From positions 1 to 39,509 of the forward strand of contig JAWBXT010000003.1 in assembly GCA_038867695.1 (NCBI GenBank): a DNA stretch of 39,509 nucleotides. Direction: 5' to 3'. Source of the stretch: Thermoproteota archaeon. Its GTDB lineage: Archaea; Thermoproteota; EX4484-205; JAAOZP01. Each line of letters starts with the position of its first letter. The first letter of the stretch is position 1. The translations under genes were made by a program, and so were the position numbers. Shown here in pieces: positions 9,718-19,040 of this stretch. The notes under the pieces are model-generated. The model did not search any database, was not told where the DNA came from, and saw only the letters and a program-made list of their open reading frames with translations.

Positions 9718-9792
9718 TGCTCCGACCGGGATTTGAACCCGGGCCCCGAGCTCGAGAGGCTCGTATGCTTGACCGGGCTACACCATCGGAGC
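9718..9792 (-). tRNA. tRNA-Glu(CTC)
   Basis: Reverse complement GCTCCGATGGTGTAGCCCGGTCAAGCATACGAGC-CT-CTC-GA-GCTCG...GGTTCAAATCCCGGTCGGAGCA. Confidence 0.96.
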
Positions 9793-9881
9793 TGAGGAAA
9801 ACTCTTTAAAGGGAAAAATAAATCTTTTGTTAAACAATATTCTTGTGCTATCTGTTGCGAGACTTAAAAATAAAACAAACC

Positions 9882-10547
9882 TTAGAAGCCTTTTAAACGT
9901 CTCTCTTTTCCCCCCTCCACTAGGATATAACTATTCATACCGTATTCTAAAGCGGTTATGTTCCTTAAACCTGCTTTCTTACATATTTCCCTAAGTGTCC
10001 TAGCGTCCATAAGGAAATAGAACCTTTTATATACCCCCCATTTTATTAGGAAATAGTCTTCGTTTAATCTTTCAATCTTCTTTAAGAATCTTTTGCTCCT
10101 TAGTATCTTGGTAGACCATGAAGATATGAGCAGCCAGCCTCTGCTTTTTAAAACGTTACTCATCTCTACTATTGCTGCTAGGACGTCGCTTTTCTTTAGG
10201 TGATGTATAGTAGCTATGCAAAATACTCCATCGAAAACATTGTTTCTGAAGGGAAGGTGCGTTAACGCATACTGGACGTAATGAATGTTTAAACCAGGCC
10301 TGTTCTTCTTACACTGTTTCAGCATATTCCTTGCAATATCTCCTGCAATCAAAATTGTTTCTCCGCTAAACAGTTTAAGATTCCTACAATTACCACAACC
10401 GTTATCCAGTATGATTCTAGAACCTTCTGTAAAACTCCTTGCTGTTAAAATTTTAAGAATGGGATCGGGGCTAACCCTCGTCCTGTCAAACTCTCTAAAA
10501 ATCGCGTTGTAAAACTTCATCATCTCCCTTTGGTATTCAAAACCCAT
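9882..10547 (-). CDS. Class I SAM-dependent methyltransferase, Trm9/ALKBH8-like
   Basis: ILDNGCGN motif I, LPFRNNVFDGVFCIATIHHL, LISSW and RFYF segments resemble Trm9-type tRNA methyltransferases. Confidence 0.75.
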   Translation of the reverse strand: MGFEYQREMMKFYNAIFREFDRTRVSPDPILKILTARSFTEGSRIILDNGCGNCRNLKLFSGETILIAGDIARNMLKQCKKNRPGLNIHYVQYALTHLPFRNNVFDGVFCIATIHHLKKSDVLAAIVEMSNVLKSRGWLLISSWSTKILRSKRFLKKIERLNEDYFLIKWGVYKRFYFLMDARTLREICKKAGLRNITALEYGMNSYILVEGGKERRLKGF

Positions 10548-10661
10548 GCTGTCCTTTAGAAATCGAAGAGTTATAAGCTTGAAGCTTCTCGAAGCTTTCA
10601 GAGTAGACTATGTTTATAAGTAACTTAACGGAGAAATTTCAAATAGTCTGGGCTGGAGAAA

Positions 10662-11654
10662 ATGGTTAAGAAGGAAGAAGGGGAAAAGGTAGAGGTTTTT
10701 GAATCAATAGAGGATATTCCTGGCGTAGGACCATCCACTGCTGCCAAGCTCAGGGAGCTTGGCTACACTACAGTCGAGGCATTAGCAACAGCTACTATAA
10801 ACGAGCTTGTTGAAGGGGGTATTTCCGATAAGATTGCTGCAAAAATAATATCGCTAGCTAGGAGTAGTATCGAAGTTAAATTCGTATCTGCATTAGAAAT
10901 ACTAAAGCAGCGGGAGCATATTCAGAAGCTCACTACAAGAAGTAAGAGGCTCGATGCCCTTCTTGGCGGAGGCTTAGAGACAATGACCATAACAGAGTTT
11001 TTCGGCGAGTTTGGAACAGGAAAATCTCAGATAAGTCATCAACTGGCAGTAAACGTCCAGCTTCCTGTAGAAAGAGGAGGATTAAACGGTAATGCTGTAT
11101 ACATTGATACTGAAAATAGTTTTAGACCGGAGCGTATTGTTGCCATGGCTAAACATTTGGGTCTAGACCCAATTAAAACTGTTGAGAATATTATCGTCGC
11201 TGAAGCATTTAACTCAGATCATCAAATACTAATTGTTGAGAGACTTGACGAGGTAATTAAGAACAGGAATGTGAAACTAGTTATAGTAGATTCATTAACA
11301 ACACACTTCAGAAGCGAGTACTTGGGTCGAGAAAGCCTTGTAAAGAGGCAACAGAAGTTGAATGCTCACTTACATAGACTTGAACGTTTGTCCAAAGCTT
11401 TCAACCTGGTTATTGTAGTTACAAACCAAGTTATGGCTAAACCCGACGAAATATTCGGCTTAGGCGCTTACCCTATAGGAGGCCATATACTTGCACATAG
11501 AAGCCATACGAGAGTTTACTTACGCAAAGCCAGGGGTGAACAGGGTCTTAGAGTAGCACGTTTAATAGTTAGCCTAGACAGGCCTGAAGGAGAATGCTTA
11601 TTTAAGATTACAGAAAATGGAATAGAAGATGTGGAAGAGGAAAGCCTGGAATAA
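10662..11654 (+). CDS. radA: DNA repair and recombination protein RadA
   Basis: N-terminal HhH (IPGVGP), [40 protein letters not shown]; TTTATAA box at about 10613. Confidence 0.97.
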   Translation: MVKKEEGEKVEVFESIEDIPGVGPSTAAKLRELGYTTVEALATATINELVEGGISDKIAAKIISLARSSIEVKFVSALEILKQREHIQKLTTRSKRLDALLGGGLETMTITEFFGEFGTGKSQISHQLAVNVQLPVERGGLNGNAVYIDTENSFRPERIVAMAKHLGLDPIKTVENIIVAEAFNSDHQILIVERLDEVIKNRNVKLVIVDSLTTHFRSEYLGRESLVKRQQKLNAHLHRLERLSKAFNLVIVVTNQVMAKPDEIFGLGAYPIGGHILAHRSHTRVYLRKARGEQGLRVARLIVSLDRPEGECLFKITENGIEDVEEESLE

Positions 11655-11661
11655 CTAGCTA

Positions 11662-12954
11662 CTAAGGCTCTAACCTAAATCTATCCCTAGGATAGAGAAC
11701 AACTTCCCTTATATTGTCTATTTTTAGAAGACTCATTAATAGTCTTTCGAGACCAACACCCCATCCAGCATGTGGAGGCATGCCGTATCCGAACGCCTTA
11801 AGGTGGTAAGAGAAATTACTCGGATTCAGGTTTTTTTCAATTAACTGCTTCACAAGTTTCTCCTTATTTTCCTCCCTCGTACCCCCAGAACCTAATTCTA
11901 ATGGACCGTAGTTTAAATCGAATGATTCTGAAGTGCCGTCACTGTTCATCTTTATGTAGAAGGGCTTAACTTTGCTCGGCCAGTGAGTTATGAAATAGTA
12001 TTCGTTCATTAATTCCTCAAGGCTCTTCAGCTCCTCACTGCCGATATCGTCTCCAAAATCTATTTTAATACCCTTATCGTTTAGCCTAGAAATAACCTCA
12101 TCGTATCTAAGCCTCTTAAAAGGAATCTGCGGTATTATCACTTTTGTTTCCAATATCTCTAATTCATTTTTGCATCTCTCGATTATCTTCTCGTGCACAT
12201 ACTTTATCATTCTCTCACAAATGGACATCACATCATACATATCTGCAAAAGCTACCTCAATGTCTATGGAAGTAAATTCGTTCAGGTGCTTAGTCGTATT
12301 GAAAGGTTCTGCTCTAAAGAAAGGACCTATTTCAAATACTTTTTCAAACCCTATGACCATTTGCTCTTTAAACAACTGAGGGCTTTGGGCAAGATAGGCT
12401 ACTCTGTCGAAATATGGCAATGGAAATAGCGCTGCACCTCCCTCTGTAGCAGAAGCAATTATCCTGGGAGTTATTATTTCAACGAAATCGTTCTCATGGA
12501 AGAATTCCCTTAAAATCTGTAACAAAGCGCTTTTTATCAAAAACATGCTTTTAACCTTAGGTCTAAATACGTCAAGAGGCCTAGCATCCAGTCTAGTATC
12601 CAAATTGCTTTTTATTCTCTCGGTTGGGTCTAAGGGCAAGGGGTGTTCTGAAACGTTTAGAATCTTTATTTGAAGAGGATCTATTTCAAGCCCTCCTGGA
12701 GCCTGAGGCACTTTCTTAACTTTTCCAATTACCTCTATCACATCGTTAAGTTTTATTCTATCAATTACCGACTCGACTTCTACGTTAGATTTATTTCTAA
12801 CCCAAGTTATCTGTATTTTGCCCCAGCGATCTGAGAGGATTACGAATTTTATACCGCCGAGGTCTCTCCTATCAAGAGCCCATCCGTAAAGCTTAACTGT
12901 TTTACCTTCATCATCTGGCGTTACGTCAATGCTTCTACTCCTATCTTCAAGCAT
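11662..12954 (-). CDS. aspS: Aspartate--tRNA ligase (probably non-discriminating Asp/Asn type)
   Basis: RDLGGIKF, ASATEGGA, AQSPQLFKE, FRAE, GMPPHAGWGVGLER, YPRD; APGG loop typical of non-discriminating enzymes. Confidence 0.95.
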   Translation of the reverse strand: MLEDRSRSIDVTPDDEGKTVKLYGWALDRRDLGGIKFVILSDRWGKIQITWVRNKSNVEVESVIDRIKLNDVIEVIGKVKKVPQAPGGLEIDPLQIKILNVSEHPLPLDPTERIKSNLDTRLDARPLDVFRPKVKSMFLIKSALLQILREFFHENDFVEIITPRIIASATEGGAALFPLPYFDRVAYLAQSPQLFKEQMVIGFEKVFEIGPFFRAEPFNTTKHLNEFTSIDIEVAFADMYDVMSICERMIKYVHEKIIERCKNELEILETKVIIPQIPFKRLRYDEVISRLNDKGIKIDFGDDIGSEELKSLEELMNEYYFITHWPSKVKPFYIKMNSDGTSESFDLNYGPLELGSGGTREENKEKLVKQLIEKNLNPSNFSYHLKAFGYGMPPHAGWGVGLERLLMSLLKIDNIREVVLYPRDRFRLEP

Positions 12955-12964
12955 TTTTCATCAC

Positions 12965-13459
12965 TCAAGCCTGGAATCTCGCGTTAATTCCAATCCTTTT
13001 AGACAGTTTCTCGAGCTTTTGCAGATACTCCCCACTTACTCTCCCATTCCCTAATAATACTTTAAACTCTGTCATGTTACCGGGTAGCCATAGCTTGCTT
13101 AATCCTGTTATTCTTAAGGGGTATACTAATTCCTCAATTTTTCTCTTTTGATCCTTCTTATAATCCACTACGATCACTTTCTTCGTATTTGTATTCTCCA
13201 TGATTCTTCTGATAAGCGCTTCATTATCCCTGAGGATTCTTACACCCTCGTTATTACTTAATATAAGAAGAAAATCTTCTTCTTTATAGGCCTTTTTAAA
13301 CTCTATTTTATCTAAACCACGCACCCTATCGACTTCTTCGACAAGTATTTGAGAAACCACTAGGTCTAACTCATCATTCCTACCAGTGTTCACAAGTTCT
13401 CGGCATTTCTGACATAAACTCCCGCTTTTCGCACAGAAATCGCAGAAAGGTATCTTCAT
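12965..13459 (-). CDS. Archaeal NusA-like protein with N-terminal Cys4 zinc motif
   Basis: MKIPFCDFCAKSGSLCQKC N-terminus and L.P..I.G..KLWLPG segment typical of the crenarchaeal NusA paralog family. Confidence 0.7.
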   Translation of the reverse strand: MKIPFCDFCAKSGSLCQKCRELVNTGRNDELDLVVSQILVEEVDRVRGLDKIEFKKAYKEEDFLLILSNNEGVRILRDNEALIRRIMENTNTKKVIVVDYKKDQKRKIEELVYPLRITGLSKLWLPGNMTEFKVLLGNGRVSGEYLQKLEKLSKRIGINARFQA

Positions 13460-13571
13460 ATGTTACTTTTTGGTCTAGAGAATACTTTTTAAATCTTCCC
13501 ATTTTAAAGCTTTCAATAGAGAGAAATAAGGGCAAATCTTTAAAAAACTCGGAAGTGACAGAAGGAGCAGT

Positions 13572-13742
13572 ATGAAGATAAGTGATCCTGTGTTGATAGA
13601 AATTGTGAAGAAGCGTAGACTCCGCTTCATGATATGTAGAAAGTGCGGAGCAAGGAATGCAATCACTGCTAAGAAGTGCAGAAAATGCCATAGTAAGAAT
13701 TTAAGACCTAAAAGGACAGAGGTAAGGGCTAAGAAAGGGTAA
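13572..13742 (+). CDS. rpl40e: 50S ribosomal protein L40e (missed by the ORF track)
   Basis: MKISDPVLIEIVKKRRLRFMICRKCGARNAITAKKCRKCHSKNLRPKR..., 56 aa, SD AAGGAG upstream; no ubiquitin fusion. Confidence 0.96.
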   Translation: MKISDPVLIEIVKKRRLRFMICRKCGARNAITAKKCRKCHSKNLRPKRTEVRAKKG

Positions 13743-13792
13743 TAGCACTGTGGGGAAAAAGAATATAAGATATCCCTAATTATTAAGCTAAT

Positions 13793-13882
13793 GGGCCGGT
13801 CGTTCAGATGGTTAGGACGCTGCCCTCACACGGCAGAGGTCGCCGGTTCGAGAGTTGAATGCCGAAAATCCGGCCCGGCCCA
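13793..13882 (+). tRNA. tRNA-Val(CAC) with a 16-nt non-canonical intron in the T-loop (59/60; intron 13853-13868)
   Basis: Acceptor GGGCCGG/CCGGCCC, anticodon arm CTGCC-CT-CAC-AC-GGCAG; T arm GCCGG-TTCG-AGA...CGAA-AAT-CCGGC forms a bulge-helix-bulge. Confidence 0.93.
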
Positions 13883-14110
13883 CTAAGTAAATTTACCACT
13901 ATTAACGTCAAATAAGTCAGAAAGGCTAAAAGTACTCGGTTAAGCACCTAATCGCTATGCTTTTTCGAAGAACCATAGGCATCGAACGTTTCAATTTACT
14001 ATATAGCATTGTTCTTCCACCAACATATTATTTCTTAGACCGTTGATAAAAATTGAGCAATAAATAGTGGTCTAAACCTTAGGTTAATATTTATAATTTT
14101 CACATGAAAA

Positions 14111-15367
14111 TTAAATAGTATAACTTTCTCCAATTTTTGGAGCGAATGCTTTAAGCCCCAACTTTTCCCTTACATATTCAGCAAGCTGTTCACAGTTTTC
14201 CGGTTCGCCGTGGACAATGAAAGTCTTATCTGCGTTAATCTTTTCAATTAACTTCTCAAGCTGGTTCTTACCGCTGTGTGAAGAAAGCTCAAAATGCTTT
14301 ATCTCGGATTTTGCTTTAACAAGCTTACCTTCTACTGTGATTATACCTTTCTCAAGTAGAATCCTTCCAGGAGTCCCCTCAACCTGGTAGCTGACGAAAG
14401 CTATTAAGTTCTTCTTTGAATCTCCTACTTTCTTCAGATAAAAGTTTACAGGTCCACCTTGTAACATACCCGCTGGAGTAACTATTACCCCAGGATTTTT
14501 CAAAGCCTCTTCTCTCTGTCTCTGAGTATTTATCCATATTACTTCCTTCGCCGCCTCTTCAAGGAGGTTTGGATTAGACAACCATTCTGGAAAATCAAAT
14601 AATATCTGAGTTACTGCTCTAGCCATGCCATCGTAATAAACATCATATGGGAACGAATATTTTGTCAGTATTGTTATAACCTCCTGTGACCTTCCTATTC
14701 CAAAAGCAGGTACGAGTACTAAACCTTTCCTTTCAACAACCTCCTTAAGCTTCTCAACGAATCTCCTTTCAACTTCCTCTCTTGAAGGATGGTTCTTATT
14801 TGCATAAGTACTCTCCACGATCGCTACATCTATGGAAGGATACTCTGTAAAAGCACCTTTGAGTAAGGTGGTTTCAACAGTATTGATATCCCCTGTGTAA
14901 AGAATTCGTTTCTCCTTAAATTCAAGCAGTATCTGACCTCCTCCAGGAGTATGGCCTGCTTGTAGAAATGTTAGTTTAAAACCATTCTTCGAAACCTCCT
15001 GATTATATTCAAGTTTTTCGGATTTTTCTATGAACTTATCTACTTCAAGTATTTCAAAAGGCAGTATACCTTTAGATACTTTTATGAAGTCCAATAAGAT
15101 AATTTTTGCTAGGGGCGCAGTCAACTTAGTCATAAAAGCTCTTCTCCCTGAGCCTATGAAGAAAATAGGAGCTGCCCCTATATGGTCGAGATGTGCATGT
15201 GTAATAATTATTTCATCCACCTCCTTTGGAGGAATATGGATCGGATATTTTACTTCTCTCCCAGAGAGCATTACACCTGCGTCTAGAAGGAAACGCTTCT
15301 CTCCATCCTTCAGGTATATGGCGGACCTTCCTACTTCACGAACGCCTCCTAAAAATTTTATAAACAT
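14111..15367 (-). CDS. Beta-CASP metallo-beta-lactamase ribonuclease (aCPSF2-like)
   Basis: GGVREVGRS, ITHAHLDHIG, AGHTPG, YTGD, VESTY, PAFGIGRSQE, GMLQGG, SSHS, VHGE; no KH domains. Confidence 0.9.
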   Translation of the reverse strand: MFIKFLGGVREVGRSAIYLKDGEKRFLLDAGVMLSGREVKYPIHIPPKEVDEIIITHAHLDHIGAAPIFFIGSGRRAFMTKLTAPLAKIILLDFIKVSKGILPFEILEVDKFIEKSEKLEYNQEVSKNGFKLTFLQAGHTPGGGQILLEFKEKRILYTGDINTVETTLLKGAFTEYPSIDVAIVESTYANKNHPSREEVERRFVEKLKEVVERKGLVLVPAFGIGRSQEVITILTKYSFPYDVYYDGMARAVTQILFDFPEWLSNPNLLEEAAKEVIWINTQRQREEALKNPGVIVTPAGMLQGGPVNFYLKKVGDSKKNLIAFVSYQVEGTPGRILLEKGIITVEGKLVKAKSEIKHFELSSHSGKNQLEKLIEKINADKTFIVHGEPENCEQLAEYVREKLGLKAFAPKIGESYTI

Positions 15368-15450
15368 CTTTCCTAATTCCTCTTTATTGAGCCGTTTCTG
15401 TACTATTATTTAAGGTTTAATAGGGAGGTGGATACAACTCTACGTAGAGA

Positions 15451-16086
15451 ATGTTAAAAAAGGTTCTCGATAAAAGAGCGGAGGACGCTAATTGCATGAT
15501 GATATGTTTACCGGGCATTGGATTAGTTGGTTCTCTGACAGGAGAGCTTTTTGCAGAATCAGCTTTTGAAAACACTCCATTCATAGAGCTTTATCCCGAG
15601 TCCCTTCTTTACGTATCGGTAGCATCCAGAGGTGGATTAATAGCTTTACCTAAAATAAGCGTTAATAGAGTCCGTTTAAAAGAACTGGGAAACTTATTAA
15701 TAGTTAAAGGAACTTCGCAACCCACTACTCAAATAAACCAGTATGAGTTAGCTGAAAACCTTGTCGAAATCGCCGAGAAACATAGTGTTAAAATTGTTAT
15801 CGGTGTAGGTGGGTACGCTATCCCGAACGTGGGCGATAAGAGGAGGGTATACCTTTCTTCATCTGACTGGCGAGCCTCTATGATTGGAGCCTCCTTAGGA
15901 TTTCTGCCGTTAAGAGGAACCGTTGTAGGTGCTGCCGGTTTAGTTCCAGGTCTTGCAAGCCTCCATGGTTTAAAAAGTGCATGTATACTCATAGAGACTA
16001 GGGGTGAAGGAGCCGATTTATTAGCTGCTCAGACGGCATACCGTAGTATTAAGGATTTTCTTAAAAAATATTTAAGTGAGGCTTAA
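15451..16086 (+). CDS. PAC2-family proteasome assembly chaperone-like protein
   Basis: LPGIGLVGSL, SQP, GVGGY, VVGAAGLV, CILIET motifs. Confidence 0.8.
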   Translation: MLKKVLDKRAEDANCMMICLPGIGLVGSLTGELFAESAFENTPFIELYPESLLYVSVASRGGLIALPKISVNRVRLKELGNLLIVKGTSQPTTQINQYELAENLVEIAEKHSVKIVIGVGGYAIPNVGDKRRVYLSSSDWRASMIGASLGFLPLRGTVVGAAGLVPGLASLHGLKSACILIETRGEGADLLAAQTAYRSIKDFLKKYLSEA

Positions 16087-16502
16087 GATTCTGAAATCTC
16101 TTTAATGAATTCATTATATATTTCGCTAACTTTTTCCGCAGCAAGGCCACTTCCCTCTATCACTCCGTTTTCAGTAACTCTGATTCTATTCATTACTATT
16201 ATTACTCCAGCTTCCTCATTATACTGCACCATTTTAGGAAACACTCTCTCTATTCTCTCTGCCAGTTTCCTAAGGTCAATGATTGCTTTTTTAAGCTCTA
16301 TTCTCTTTACATCTCTACCGTTTAATATAATCTTAGGCAATCTACTCCCATCTTTCTGTTCTACATTGTTTAGAATAACTGAGAAAGTATCGATATCTAA
16401 GGATGCTAAAATACCTACAAACTCCTCACCGCTTTGAGTAATTACAACTACCTTTTTTCCCAGCAAGCGGTTAACCTCTGTTGTAAATCCCGTCCTCATC
16501 AT
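16083..16502 (-). CDS. Sm-like protein with C-terminal extension (SmAP3)
   Basis: Sm1/Sm2 fold (VVVITQSGEEFVGIL...VILNN...IILNG) plus C-terminal domain (DLRKLAE...FP.MV.Y....VI.VMNRIRVTENGV.EGSG..A). Confidence 0.85.
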   Translation of the reverse strand: MMRTGFTTEVNRLLGKKVVVITQSGEEFVGILASLDIDTFSVILNNVEQKDGSRLPKIILNGRDVKRIELKKAIIDLRKLAERIERVFPKMVQYNEEAGVIIVMNRIRVTENGVIEGSGLAAEKVSEIYNEFIKEISES

Positions 16503-16617
16503 TTTAACTCATTTTCACAATACACTCCCTATTTTTAATACTTTCTGAAGTAATCAATTTACCTTTGGGTATAACTCTATTTCATAGTAGCTTTTATCGA
16601 TTAAAGACTATTTTTCT

Positions 16618-17529
16618 TTGAAGATGCGTCAAGAAGTAGTCCAAGGTGCTGCAGAATGCCCTAATTGTAATTCTCCTATTATAAAATCAGAGAACGAGTT
16701 TGTTTGCAGCAGATGCGGTTTGGTCGTCAATAATCTAGATAAGTATATTGCTCCTTCAAGTTTAACTCATACTATTCAAAAAGAACCCTACTATGGAAGC
16801 ATTATTGCGGAGAAAGAACCCTTTGGAAATCTTTCTCGTCTTCAAAGGAACATATCATCTCTAAATAATAGAAGCGAGAAAGAGTTGAAGTGGTTAATAG
16901 ATAAGTTATGTGACAGCTTTCATTTAAGTTCTTCAATAAGACTAGATTCCCACAGGATCGGTTTAAACCTGTTACATGCATTTAAACATAATCAAGAAAA
17001 GCTTAATAGAGCAGCCATTGCAACTTATTCTGTAGTTACTGCAGCTAGATTTCACGGTTTAAGTATAGCTCCGCATTATAAAAGTATAAAAACATATTTG
17101 CAAAGTATTGGTTTTAAAGTTAAGACAAGAGATATTTTTCGAGTAATATCTGCAGCTAAAGGAATTGGTCTTATTGAGATAAAAAATGATTTTGACAAGA
17201 TGATTATTGAAATAATTTCTACGATCATAAGGAATAACAACCGCTTGAGAAGACTTAAGTCTGAGGATAGGATCAATTTTATCAATAATCTTAAAGGGAT
17301 TTCATTCAGGATATTTAACGATTTAAAGAAAAATCATTATAATTTCAGGAGTAAGAATCCTATGATATGTATAGCTTCCGTAATCTATGCGGCATCTAGA
17401 GAAGCAGCATTAATTTTAAACATTAAAAATCCTATTACTCAAAAAGAGTTGGCAGAGTATATAGGCTATGCTGAATATAGTGTTAGGGAGACTTATGAGG
17501 AATTATTCGGAAAAGTTAGTAATTTCTAA
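16618..17529 (+). CDS. Divergent transcription initiation factor IIB (TFB) paralog
   Basis: Zn ribbon CPNC..(x)..FVCSRCGLV, cyclin-like repeats, SKNP..IASVIYAA, C-terminal HTH ITQKELAEYIGYAEYSVRETY. Confidence 0.75.
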   Translation: MKMRQEVVQGAAECPNCNSPIIKSENEFVCSRCGLVVNNLDKYIAPSSLTHTIQKEPYYGSIIAEKEPFGNLSRLQRNISSLNNRSEKELKWLIDKLCDSFHLSSSIRLDSHRIGLNLLHAFKHNQEKLNRAAIATYSVVTAARFHGLSIAPHYKSIKTYLQSIGFKVKTRDIFRVISAAKGIGLIEIKNDFDKMIIEIISTIIRNNNRLRRLKSEDRINFINNLKGISFRIFNDLKKNHYNFRSKNPMICIASVIYAASREAALILNIKNPITQKELAEYIGYAEYSVRETYEELFGKVSNF

Positions 17530-17994
17530 CTCTTTACATGCCTCTTTATAAAGAACGCGCACTATTTTATTGCTACGCTTTATTGAAAAAAGTTCCTCAT
17601 AATCTTCTGCATTAACCTCAGCAATTACCTCAACAATATACTTGTCAGTAGAATTATAGAAAATGACAGATTTTTCAAAATGGATTCTTAATCCACATTT
17701 TTCTAAAAAACTCTTTGTCTTGGTAACTCTTTCCATAAATTCTCTAATTTCTTCTTCTAAGATTTTTCTCATGATTGAAAAATTTCCATTGGAATGGCTT
17801 ATGCTATTATCTACAATTATGTTAATGCTTTTAAAGAAATCATTAATACATGAGTCTACTAAGATTATTCTCATTTTCTGTTTAAAGTAGTTTATTAGAA
17901 GATCACTATTTATTAGAAGCATAAGGTTTACCATTAGTAGAGTAATTGTCATGAGAATTGAGGCAAATATTATAATAAACCAATTCTTAATCAT
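17503..17994 (-). CDS. Hypothetical membrane-anchored protein (pilus accessory or minor pilin candidate)
   Basis: N-terminal hydrophobic helix followed by a soluble alpha/beta region; overlaps the upstream gene of a tight operon. Confidence 0.65.
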   Translation of the reverse strand: MIKNWFIIIFASILMTITLLMVNLMLLINSDLLINYFKQKMRIILVDSCINDFFKSINIIVDNSISHSNGNFSIMRKILEEEIREFMERVTKTKSFLEKCGLRIHFEKSVIFYNSTDKYIVEVIAEVNAEDYEELFSIKRSNKIVRVLYKEACKELEITNFSE

Positions 17995-18367
17995 TTTTAA
18001 TCCCTATTGTAATATATAATACGTCCTCACTGGTAATTCTTAATACTCTAACATATCTGACTTGTTCTTCGAATTCGATGAAAATTTTCTCATTTTCAGA
18101 AACTATCTTTCCCTGTTCTTCGCTGAAAAGCTCTATAATTGACCATTTAATTCCATTATAATTAAGAAAATCGATTACTTTGTATAGCAGATTATTAATA
18201 TCTTGCTCTTGATCACATATTTCAAGTATGTTTATTTCTAGTCTCAAATCCTCATCCATGTCAGATAGTAACTCAAATCTTGGTTTCAAATATTGAGAAG
18301 TGGCGATTATGGATATTAAGAGGAAGAAGCTCAAGATCGTCGCAAGAACACCTTCTAAAAAATCCAT
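17987..18367 (-). CDS. Minor pilin-like protein
   Basis: MDFLE (Glu at position 5) then about 18 hydrophobic residues; SD GGTGA upstream. Confidence 0.65.
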   Translation of the reverse strand: MDFLEGVLATILSFFLLISIIATSQYLKPRFELLSDMDEDLRLEINILEICDQEQDINNLLYKVIDFLNYNGIKWSIIELFSEEQGKIVSENEKIFIEFEEQVRYVRVLRITSEDVLYITIGIKND

Positions 18368-18374
18368 GGGAACT

Positions 18375-18506
18375 TCACCATCTTTTAATAAAGTTCATCA
18401 TAATGGATACGTTATGTAAAGTTAACAGAAGAGCTAAACCAAGCCCAATAATTATCAACAATATTAAAAAAGAAGAAAATAGGAATTCCAGTAGTTTATC
18501 GCTCAT
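18375..18506 (-). CDS. 43-aa single-TM pilin-like microprotein (missed by the ORF track)
   Basis: MSDKLLEFLFSSFLILLIIIGLGLALLLTLHNVSIMMNFIKRW; ATGA overlap with the upstream stop; fills the operon gap. Confidence 0.7.
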   Translation of the reverse strand: MSDKLLEFLFSSFLILLIIIGLGLALLLTLHNVSIMMNFIKRW

Positions 18507-18886
18507 TTCTTAGTAAGGATAACTTTCCTGTCCGATGCTTTAATAAAATATTTATTTCCAGCCTCTAGAAAGACTTTATTAAAATGATAGTAATTTTCAT
18601 TTCCTTCAAAAATGCAAACATTATTAATGATTATATAGTATTTATCATTGTCCAGCAGGATAGAGTAATCGATTAAAGGGATTTCCGGCATCGATAGAGT
18701 AAAAATACATCCATATTTTGCTGAAAGATCAGCTTGTTTTTCGATTATTAGAATTATACTTTTAAATATATTGTTTAAAAATTCTACTCTCATTACGTTA
18801 ATAACATTAAAAATAATAATTCCTATCATGCTATATATTGAAAGCCAAAGAACATCTTTCAAATGTTCTTCAATTATTTCACTCAA
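18503..18886 (-). CDS. Minor pilin-like protein
   Basis: Likely TTG start 18886, 5 nt after SD GGTGG, giving MSEIIEEH... then a hydrophobic helix and beta-rich C-terminus (alternative GTG 18895). Confidence 0.65.
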   Translation of the reverse strand: MSEIIEEHLKDVLWLSIYSMIGIIIFNVINVMRVEFLNNIFKSIILIIEKQADLSAKYGCIFTLSMPEIPLIDYSILLDNDKYYIIINNVCIFEGNENYYHFNKVFLEAGNKYFIKASDRKVILTKK

Positions 18887-18899
18887 GAATCCCACCTAG

Positions 18900-19040
18900 T
18901 TAACTAGTAATAAGTCTTACTACAACTTCATACAACTGTTTAACCATGGGAATTACTTTATCAATTAAGTAAGCAATGCTTATGCCAAAGATTATTATTG
19001 AAAAGAATATTACTAGGCTTTTCTCTAGAAGATTACTCAT
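18900..19040 (-). CDS. 46-aa single-TM pilin-like microprotein (missed by the ORF track)
   Basis: MSNLLEKSLVIFFSIIIFGISIAYLIDKVIPMVKQLYEVVVRLITS; SD-like GGGGGTTGA upstream; first gene of the leftward operon. Confidence 0.7.
   Translation of the reverse strand: MSNLLEKSLVIFFSIIIFGISIAYLIDKVIPMVKQLYEVVVRLITS

Noticed and set aside
10575-10598. Three AAGCTT words upstream of radA
   Set aside because: AAGCTT is frequent throughout the window, so there is no evidence of a specific operator
13380-13691. Minus-strand ORFs 13380-13691 and 13475-13666
   Set aside because: Antisense shadows of rpl40e and the divergent promoter region
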